Source: Octopus bimaculoides (taxonomy: Eukaryota). From it: a stretch of 64,000 nucleotides of DNA. The DNA is taken from positions 4,820,254 to 4,884,253 of the forward strand of contig NC_068985.1 of the NCBI RefSeq assembly GCF_001194135.2, in the 5' to 3' direction. Shown here piece by piece: positions 29,101-40,500 of the stretch. The notes under the pieces are model-generated. The model was not told where the DNA came from and made no database searches. It worked only from the letters and a program-made list of their open reading frames with translations. The translations under genes and the position numbers were made by a program. The stretch's first letter is position 1; every line of letters starts with the position of its first letter.

Positions 29101-31523
29101 GCTGGATGAGATAAAATAGATGAGAGATAATTAATCTGTGGATAGGATGCTAGCCTGTTTCAACTCACATTAACAGAGCATCTACTAACTTATTTCCAAC
29201 AGCTACACAAACTCAATATATTACCTTGTACATAAATAAAAAGTAAAGACTAACCAGAGAGTTTATATTAAAACATTGTTCTGCTGTTTTCCTGTAAAAG
29301 AAATAAAGAAACACATCATCATCATCGTCATATTTACATCTTTAGACAAAAATAAACATCATAAGATTATAACATTTTGTACAATTGATTTCATTTTTAG
29401 ACATGAATTCTTTTTTAATATTTGAACCTGGATTTGGAGTTCATTTCAATTACTTTAACCCTTTAGCATTTAAACTGGCCATATCCGGCCAAAAGTATTC
29501 AGCCTATTCTATGTTCAAACTGGCCAGATCTGGTCTCTCACACCAACCCTACAATATGGTTTTAAAAATTAACAGCTACCTCATCAAAATCTCATAGCTA
29601 CGAGATAATGCTTGATTAGTTCAAACCAATGTGGATAAAAAAGCATTAATTATGGCAGAATAATGTGAACACTAAAGGGTTAATCTCTGAACCTCATTAG
29701 GAGTTTTATTCTTGCCTATTAATATTTATCTCTCAGCAAAGACAGAAATACTGGTTTCAAATTTTGACACAAGGCCTGCAATTTCGGTGGAGGGGTAAGT
29801 CAACTATATCAACTCCATTGATCAACTGGTACTTCTTTTATCAACCTTGAATGGATGAATGGCAAAGTTAACCTTGGCAGAATTTCTACTCAGGACAAAA
29901 TGCTGCTAAGTATCACCACCATACCAAACACAGAAATACTGAACTGATGTCACTTCTGGCCTTACTAATTGCATTATTGGTAAGACGTATATGTCCTGAT
30001 TCTTTGATTCTCATCAGTTTCCCACTTTGGAATTACGAAATCTTCATTCTATAGCATTATATTCATTCATTTCTCACTCCATATGTAATCATTAACGCTT
30101 TTCAATATTCTTCCATCCCAACCTTTAGAACATCGCAGTGTTTCGTGTACAAGGCCTTCCATAAATGCAGTTTTACTGTTCCAACTGAAACAATGCAGAT
30201 GGAGATGCATAAAAAATACATTTTCATCTCAAAAGATGAAGTTAATAATCTGAAAAACTTATAATCACATCTGCAATAACTCATCTCAAGCATTTACATA
30301 TTGAAGAAACATTATTCTCAAATTAAAAATACAGCCCTTCACATTTAGAGAACAAACAGCCAAAGAAACAAAGAAATAAACAAAACTTGTTACTGTGGAT
30401 CTGTGTAGTTCTGGAGAGTGTTAGAGTAATTAAGAATGAGGCCAGACTGAGTTTATCTTCTGGTGGTCCTTGTGGCATAAAATGAGTCCAGCTCAATAAA
30501 TGATCTACAATTGGTTGTATATAATTTAAAATCATTTTATTACATAATTTTGATGCAATAGTATTTAAACTAATACTCTTTGGTTTGATGGCACACTTTA
30601 ACTATTATGTTGGTTTGATATGCTCTGTTAAGCTTACGCTACTGAGTTCAAGGAAGTATTTTACAAATGATGGTAATTCTCATATCTCTTAGGGAATATA
30701 ACCCGCTCCTACAGCTCATCCTTTTGCTTTGATTCTGTTATTGCTCTACTCAAATCTTTCAGAGTAAAGATGTCTTCATTAATTGGTAATGGTCAAGGTG
30801 GCAAGCTGGCAGAATCGTTAGCACGCTGGATGGAATGCTTAGCGGTATTTCGCCCGTTGCTATGTTCTGTGTTCAAATTCTGCCGAGGTCAATAAATTAA
30901 GTGCCAGTGAAACACTTGGGTCAATGTAATCGACTTGTCCCCTCCCCACAAATATGAAGCCTTGTGCCTCTAGTAGAAATTGGTAATGGTTGTTCTAAAG
31001 AGCCAGTGTCAGCTACCTGTGGTAGTTTCCCCTAAAACAGAACTGAAATGTTCCTTCCAAAGATTTTTTTCCTCTTCTCTATACTTCCTTGCAGTTTAAA
31101 CATTGTATCTCTTCTACCAGTCAATCATCTACAGCTGCATGTCAAAGCTGAATAAGAAGAATTTTCAATTATTTACATTATTTACATTTGACAGATATTT
31201 GTCCTCATCTTGTTTGTCGTTAACACAACATTTCGGCTGATGTACTCTCCAGCCTTCAGATGTCCTGGGTGAATTTCAAACCTGGGTTCTCATTCCTAAG
31301 GTATTTTTCTGATGTTGCTATTATTATTATTATTATTCAGGTGACTGCCTGAAATTGAACTCAGAATCTTCGGGTTAGCAGCCCACACTCTTAACCACTA
31401 TGCTATATGCCTGTGGTCAATTATGGAGTGAATTTTAGAGCTTATAAATCTAATATTTTCCTTTCCTTTCTCAATACCGATTCCCATATGCTATTCATAT
31501 CCAAGTTTGATTCCAGGCAGTGA

Positions 31524-31572
<49 letters not shown>

Positions 31573-34500
31573 CGTCATTATAATCATCATTGTTTAATGT
31601 CTGCTTTCCATGTTAGCATGAGTTGGTTGATTTGACTGAGGACTGGCATACCAGATGGCTGCACAAGGCTCCAATCTGATCTGGCAGAGTTTCTACAGCT
31701 GGATGCCCTTCCTAACGCCAACCACTCTGAGAGTGTAGTGGGTGCTTTTATGTGCCACCGGCACAAGGGCCAGTCAGGCAGTACTGGCAACGACCTTGCT
31801 CGAATGCGTTTTCACGTGCCAGTAAGGTGACGCTGGTAATTCAAAACAATGTGAATAAATAAACATTACATTTGACAGAATCTGAATGTTGAAGGGTTAA
31901 ACAAGAAATTATAAGATTACTTACAGAACTCTATCTTTTGGAATGTATGAACGACCGAACAGTTCATTAAGAAAATTTTCATACTCCTATATTCAAAATG
32001 AAAGCATATATTTAGACTTTATAATAAAATTAATGATTTAACATATGCAGTTCTATTTTACAATGCAATTAACACTTCGATCAAAATGGATATTGCCTGA
32101 CTTCCTAAAGCAATTGGTTGTTTTGCTTCTCTACATCCACAGGAAGATCAACTTTCAGATGTTTGATTCAAAAACAGACAGAAACGTTGGAATAATTCCA
32201 GAACAAATTCTTTCAACCAACTTTGTACTGTAGGAAAATTAAAGTAATAATTTATAAACAATGCACAAGATCACACATTTTGTAGGAGTCTAGTTATTTG
32301 CCCACAGAACTCAACTAATAAAGGAATGTGGTTTACTACTTAGGGTTTTAACTTCACAATTATAAAGTAATGGCTTTGGTTCCTGGACCAAGAGGTACAT
32401 TATGCTCCTGAGTAAAACAGTTCAGTATATTTCCCTCCAGTCTACTTAGCTGACAATAAGCAACAACTGAGTGGTGCTGGAGCACTCTCTCACTCCAGCT
32501 ATCATGTCCTCACTGTTGGGTGAAAGGTAGGATGGTTGAGAAGTTGTTTGTATCAAATTGTCACTGCATAGACACATAAAACACTTAGTGAAAGTATAGT
32601 TTCAGATTATATTACTTTGTGTGAGATAACTATGGAGTTATTCTTGTGGGTTATTTTTCTAAATACATGACTAATATTATTTTCTCAAGCCTTGAAAGGT
32701 GAAAGACAAAATTGACAAATGTGGCATTAGCAGTCAAGACTACAATGGGTTGTAAGAAAATACAGCAAGGTTTTCCTCTTTTGTCTACTGATTTTTTCAT
32801 CCACATCCTTAAAGGAACGTTGAATTTAGTCATTTGACTTGTTAAAAATAGCATCAAAATCCTTGAAATCCTTGAAATCTTAAAAGAAGCAATATGAAGG
32901 TTACATTAGATGTTCTTCTGGGAAAAAAAGAACATAGAATGGCAGTGCCTTTGACTACAAAGCTATTCAGAGGTGATCTGGAACTAAACAACAACTATCA
33001 AAATATAAAAAAACTGAATGGCACTCAAGAAGGAAGCAATCAAAGGGTTTCTCTTTGATTGGCTCTTATACTGAAAGGAAAGTAGGCAGTTCTGCCAACC
33101 ACAAAACTTCCTCTGCTGTAGTTCAGAATGAAAATATTCCGTCAACTACTTCAATGCTTTTGGATCTGTAGTGAACTATTTTGTCAGTGTGGCTGTATTC
33201 AGTTGTGCTTTGGCAGGTGGCAGCCAAAGTTGGTGATGTAGCAATTTCTGCCCAACAGCATTGTGCATCTATTTTGAAAGAGTTAAATTGCAGCTCTGAT
33301 GGTGATGAAACAACACCATTTACTATAATGTACCACTGCTTCTGTATTCATCTCCAACTCGGAGAGTTTGGATTTGACATCTTGAGTCAGCATCACTCTT
33401 TCTGCTATGCTTCTTATACATTGTTCTCATTTAAACTACCACAGTTAAATACATAGTAGTAAGTCGTGTAAATCAATTCATGTCTCGTTACACATCTCTC
33501 ATTCTCTGGAAATGAACAATGTTGTTTATAAGGCAGTGATGTTCATTTCAAACCATCAGATGATGTGAAAACAAGGCTACACGCACACACACATGCAATG
33601 AGCTTCTTTCAGTTTCCATCTAACTGACCAACTCACAAGACTTTGATTGGCTAGGGGCTATAGTAGAAGACACTTGCCCAAGGTGCAGCATAGAGAGACT
33701 GAACTTAAAACCACATGGGTGGGAAGCAAGCTTCTGAACCTCACAACCACAGTTTTGCCATATGTACTAAAAATGCACTAAAATTTTCTGCTACCAAATT
33801 TCAAACACAAAATTTGATTTGACCCCAGGTTAATGTAGAAATAATTATCATAGGGGTTGAGTATTGAGAAAGAACCTGGAATCACATGATTGCTAAGTTA
33901 ACTTCTTAAATGCATATCAATGCTTGCGCCTGCTTTGTGGGTGTAAAAGTGGATGGCTTTATTTTAAACGGGTGGGATGGGTAAGATGTTCAATTTGAAA
34001 TCACATGATTCCTGATTCAATCCCATAGCACAGCACCTTGGACAAGTGTTTTCTACCACAGTTATTGTTTGACCAAGATCAGGACGAGTAAAGTCCATGC
34101 AAAAGGGCTTTCAAAGAGCTTGCAGCTACCAAATTTCATACCAAAATTTTGTTTGACCCCAGGTTAAGGTAGAACTAATTACCTTAGAGGTTGCGTATTG
34201 AGATGGAATCACATGAATCACATGGAATCACATGAATTACATGGAATCACATGATTGCAAAATAAACATATAAGGTGAGGGTTGGAAATGAGTACAGCAA
34301 TGAATTCCGGGTAGAGGTAGGGGTCCACCAAGGTTCCGTCCTCAGCCCCCTCTTATTTATCATAGTCCTCCAGGCAATCACAGAGGAGTTCAAGACAGGT
34401 TGCCCCTGGGAGCTCCTCTATGCTGATGACCTTGCCCTAATTGCGGAGTCACTATCAGAACTAGAGGAGAAGTTTCAGGTGTGGAAGCAAGGTCTAGAAT

Positions 34501-37500
34501 TGAAGGGCCTTAGAGTCAACCTAGCTAAAACCAAAATCCTAATAAGTAGGAAGGTAGATAAAACTCAANNNNNNNNNNNNNNNNNNNNNNNNNNNNNNNN
34601 NNNNNNNNNNNNNNNNNNNNNNNNNNNNNNNNNNNNNNNNNNNNNNNNNNNNNNNNNNNNNNNNNNNNNNNNNNNNNNNNNNNNNNNNNNNNNNNNNNNN
34701 NNNNNNNNNNNNNNNNNNNNNNNNNNNNNNNNNNNNNNNNNNNNNNNNNNNNNNNNNNNNNNNNNNNNNNNNNNNNNNNNNNNNNNNNNNNNNNNNNNNN
34801 NNNNNNNNNNNNNNNNNNNNNNNNNNNNNNNNNNNNNNNNNNNNNNNNNNNNNNNNNNNNNNNNNNNNNNNNNNNNNNNNNNNNNNNNNNNNNNNNNNNN
34901 NNNNNNNNNNNNNNNNNNNNNNNNNNNNNNNNNNNNNNNNNNNNNNNNNNNNNNNNNNNNNNNNNNNNNNNNNNNNNNNNNNNNNNNNNNNNNNNNNNNN
35001 NNNNNNNNNNNNNNNNNNNNNNNNNNNNNNNNNNNNNNNNNNNNNNNNNNNNNNNNNNNNNNNNNNNNNNNNNNNNNNNNNNNNNNNNNNNNNNNNNNNN
35101 NNNNNNNNNNNNNNNNNNNNNNNNNNNNNNNNNNNNNNNNNNNNNNNNNNNNNNNNNNNNNNNNNNNNNNNNNNNNNNNNNNNNNNNNNNNNNNNNNNNN
35201 NNNNNNNNNNNNNNNNNNNNNNNNNNNNNNNNNNNNNNNNNNNNNNNNNNNNNNNNNNNNNNNNNNNNNNNNNNNNNNNNNNNNNNNNNNNNNNNNNNNN
35301 NNNNNNNNNNNNNNNNNNNNNNNNNNNNNNNNNNNNNNNNNNNNNNNNNNNNNNNNNNNNNNNNNNNNNNNNNNNNNNNNNNNNNNNNNNNNNNNNNNNN
35401 NNNNNNNNNNNNNNNNNNNNNNNNNNNNNNNNNNNNNNNNNNNNNNNNNNNNNNNNNNNNNNNNNNNNNNNNNNNNNNNNNNNNNNNNNNNNNNNNNNNN
35501 NNNNNNNNNNNACTGACCGAGACCTTTGGAAATGTGCTGTGCGTGAGAAGACCCGGCAAGCCAAGTAAGATCGTTGCCAGTGCCCCTGGACTGGCTCTTG
35601 TGCGGGTGGCACATAAGATGCACCATTTTGAGTGTGGCCGTTGCCAGTACTCCCTGACTGGACTCCGTAGGATTTTCGAGCGAGATCATTGCCAGTGCCC
35701 CTGGACTGGCTTGTGCGGGTGGCACATAAAAGACACCATTTCGAGCGTGGCCATTGCCAGTATCGCCTGACTGGCCTTCGTGCAGGTGACACGTAAAAGC
35801 ACCTACTACACTCTCTGACTGGTTGGTGTTAGGAAGGGCATCCAGCTGTAGAAACTCTGCCAAATTTAGATTGGAGCCTGGTGTTGCCATCCGGTTTCAC
35901 CAGTCCTCAGTCAAGTCGTCCAACCCATGCTAGCATGGAAAGCGGACGTTAAACGATGATGATGATGATGATGATCAACGCTTCTGCTCTCTCTGTGGTA
36001 TGAAAGTGGGTGGCTGTATTTTAAATGGATGTAGGCATGGTTGGGTGGGTATGATGTTCAATTTGCAACCACATGATTCCTGATTCAATTCAAATGCACA
36101 GCACCTTGGACAAGTGTTTTCTACCACAGTAATGGTTTGACCAAGTCCTTGGGAGTAGAATTAAGTAGATGCCTGAAAGCTCATCAAACACACACACATG
36201 CATACATATATTCACACAAACATTCACACATACACAGTATCTTATCTTTTATCTTTCACTTGTTTCAGTCAATAGACTGTGGCCAAGCAAGGGCACAAAA
36301 TGTTAGTCAAATGAATCAACCCCAGTACTTATGTTTTTTAAAGCCTATTATTTTATCAATTTCTTTTGCTGAGCTGCTAAGATATGGAGATGTAAACAAA
36401 CCAGCATTGGGTGTCAGGTGGTAGTAGTGTTGGGGACCAAACACCGACATGCAGACACACACTTACACACACATGATGGGCTTCTTTCAGTTTCCATCAA
36501 CCAAATCCACTCAAAAGGCTTTGGTCAGCCTGAGGCTGTAGTAGAAGACATTTACCCAAGGTGCCATGCAGTGGGACTGAACCCAGAACTATGTGGCTGG
36601 AAACCAAACTTCTTACCACACAGCCACACTTGTGCCTTTGTATGTCATTGAAAAATGTATTAAACATTGTGAGAAACTAATACTCTTTGACATGTTAAGG
36701 TTATCTCTCCAGATTTTCTGTAGAAATTATAGCCAGCACTGACTTGTTATGATATTTTAATATCTGAAGAGGTCTAATGTAAACAATAATGCAATGAAAG
36801 ATGGGAAAATAGGTAATGGGTGTATATGCATATTTCAGGAATTTTTGCTCCTTCCTCAGCATCACATCCACCCCATTAACCATTCATGAACACTTTGCTT
36901 AAATAACCACTAAATACAGCAGTGTAACATTATTCAATTACCAATTTTACATATTAAACATATTCCCGGCAGCTGGTATGTAAATATTAATTATTTATAG
37001 GGACATCATATTTCATGATACAACCATAATATACTACAAAGTCTATTAAATGCTTTATGAGTTAATATGGCCTATAATGGTGTCACATAACTAATACCTG
37101 TAATGGTGGCACATAAAAAGCACCTTTTGCCTCACAGAGGCAATGACAAATGACCAAGACCCTTGGTAATATGCCATGCTTGGTTAGAAGACCCATCAAG
37201 CCAAGTGAAATTGTAGTCATGGCAGATACTTGTAGTTGTGGCAGATATGCAGCCGTGCCAGTGGCACATAGAAACATCCATAACATTCTCAGAATGGTTG
37301 GTGTTAGGAAGGGCATCCAGCCATAGAAACCATGCCACATCAGATTGGAGTCTGGTGTAGCCCCTCAGCTTGCCAGCCCTAGTCAATCCATCCAGCCCAT
37401 GCCAGCATGGTCAACAGATATTAAATGATGATGATGATTGTGATCAAATCGCATATTAAGGTTATCCCTACAGCTTTTCTATAGAAATCACAGTCAGTAT

Positions 37501-40500
37501 TCATTTGTTATGACAATTCGTATCTGAAGACATCTAGTATAAACAACAATGCACAGATAGGGAAATAGGTAATAGGTGTATATGCATATTTCAGATAATA
37601 TGCATATACACTCATTGTAGTATATTATGCATATACACCTTTGTGGTATATTTTGGTTGCACAACGAAATACAGTGTCTCTACATCATCATCATCAACAC
37701 TCAAAAGGAGCTCAACCATTTTGAGTGACATATTTAGTCCCAAATGCTTTCTTGTCCTTTCGCTATCAAAATTGCAGAGAATCAGCTTGTAAATGATTGG
37801 CTCGTTAGAAACAAATGATAAATGACACTATTATACACAGATTGCAATACACAAAAATAATAAATCCGTATGTCTTGTGACATTATGGATCTGCACCTGG
37901 AAACCTCCTCTGGAAGCTACAAGTTCATCTTTTTATTTTTTACTTGTTTAGCCATTGGACTATAATCATACTGGGACACTGACTTGAAGCATTTTAAATC
38001 AAATGGATGGGTACCAGTAGTTACATTTTTTTTGAAACTGGTACTTATTCTGTCAGTCTGTTTAGCCAAACCACTAAGTTACAGGGACATAAACACACCA
38101 ATACTCATCGTCAAGAAATAGTGGGGGACAAACACAAATACAAATTCGCATGCATGCACTCATGCACATGCACACACACACACATGCATGCACACACACA
38201 CACACATGCGCACGATGAACTTCTTTCTGTTTCCATCAAACCGAATCCATTCATAAGGCATTGGTTGACCTGAAGCTACAGTAAAAGACACTTGTTCAAA
38301 GAGCCATACAGTGGGACTGAACCCAGAACCATGTGGTTGTGAAGCAAGCTTCTTACCACACAACTACACCTGAGCCTACTGGAAATGGTTTTCATGAAAG
38401 GCCAGCTGGTGCATCTGCATAGAAGTGTCCACCTGGCCATACCACCAATGTTGTCTATGATAAAGATATGGGCTGATACAACTTAGGAGTTCTACAAGAG
38501 ACAAGTAATAGGAACTGATGCTAAGCTTCTAATGTAATGCTTTGACAATCTTTGTAATCCATTGCTCTCAGCTGGAACTACTATTATCAAATAAAAAAAG
38601 TATGAAAATTAAAGTCACTTTTAAATGTTTGGAACTAAAACAAATACTGCAAGGCATTCTCTCTGATGCTCAAACTAATTGGTCAATATAATGTCATAGA
38701 AATAAATAAATAGACAAATAAATGAATAAATAATTAGATAAATAAATAAAGAGTATCAACTAACCGGTAGACCTTCAAAATGATCTAATGCTAATCTCCT
38801 GCAAAAGAAAAAACACATTTTCATCGACCCATCATCACTATCATAAAAAAGAATCATTATGGTTCATATACATATGAAAAAGTTTCAATGCATCTTAAAC
38901 AAGCCATGTTGATGGCACTTTCAAACCTGCAGACATCTTCAAGAACTAGTAATGCTCCTTGGTAAAAATGCTATGTCAAGGATTACTGGTACTTTTCAAA
39001 TATCACTGGACTAAAAGTTCTCAAGAACAGAGCACTTAGTTTGTTGCCATTCCTTGAAGAATGTCATCAATCTACCCTGCTACTAGTTCATTAGTTCTTT
39101 ATAAATTACAAATGTAAAAATTCCACCAGTTGCATTATTCAGCAGCAGGTGGGTGGCTGTGAGCATTTGACAACATTCCAGATGCCAGGACAGCAGCATT
39201 GTCCAAGAGATGAGCTGAGAAAAGGTTTGCTTGACAAAAGGCATCAAAGCTTGCACAATGCAAGTGAATCTCTGTAAATGTTTTGGTCTCAGCACACATC
39301 AACAGTCATTGGATATTGGGAAATTGCACAGAGGATGTCAGCAGCAGATAAATTACCTGACACAGAAAACATTCCTTCATGATAAAGCAAATAAGGGTAT
39401 GCAAGAATTGCATAGTAAAATATTTTGTATNNNNNNNNNNNNNNNNNNNNNNNNNNNNNNNNNNNNNNNNNNNNNNNNNNNNNNNNNNNNNNNNNNNNNN
39501 NNNNNNNNNNNNNNNNNNNNNNNNNNNNNNNNNGTATTATTAGTGAATGAACAAAAAATATTTACATTAAAAATTACAGAGTTCTTTAAATGCTTCAAAT
39601 TCTCATTAATTACATTAGAAATTCTTATATAATTAGTGAACATTAATTCAAGATATTTATTCTTTGGACAAAGAGTTGACGCTTATGCAGTCAGTGAGTG
39701 TGATTTGGACAATCAAACTGGTGAAAGTAATGAGGAAAAAAGTGACTCAGTTGAACAAATACAGTTGTTGAAAGATAAGGCGATTATTATTACTCTCTTG
39801 AATTTTTCTGTCCATTAGTTTGCCTTTAATCATTACACTTGAGCTGTTTATGTAACTATCTATATTTTGCTTTGGAACCCAGGTGGAGGGTAAAGTTAGA
39901 CATAGGGGCACAAGTCTGAGAGGGTTAAACAAGATATTATAGAATTACTTACTCGGCTTCAGCTCTTTCAATACTCTTTGGAGCATCCTCTAGCTTGTGT
40001 TGAAGATCTCTATATTGCTAGAAAAGTTTACAATAAAGGTATTTGTTGTAACTTTATAATAAAATTAATGATTAGACATTAAGAGCTCTATCCTTGTATT
40101 GCTTTAGACTGTTCAATGAAAGTAAACCTTATCTGACTTGCAGAAACAATTCAGTTCTTTTACTTCTTGATGTCCATAGTAGCATCAAGTCTAACATGTA
40201 TGATTCAGAAGGAATATAAAATTCCAGAACATATTGTTTCAAACAATTCTATGGTTTACTAAAGCCAAAATAATAATTTTTAACAGGTATGTTACATTGG
40301 CAAATTTTGTAGGTGTGACATAGTCTACATATTTGATTCCAGCATGTGACTTGTACTTATCTTATCAACCTTGGTGGGATAAAAGGTAAAACCGAGTCCT
40401 GTAGGATTTGAAGGGCTAGTATTTATCAGGTCATCCCATAAGTCTGTCCGAATTTTGAATAAAGAAAACAAGTGATCAAATGTTATATTTAATTGAAATT

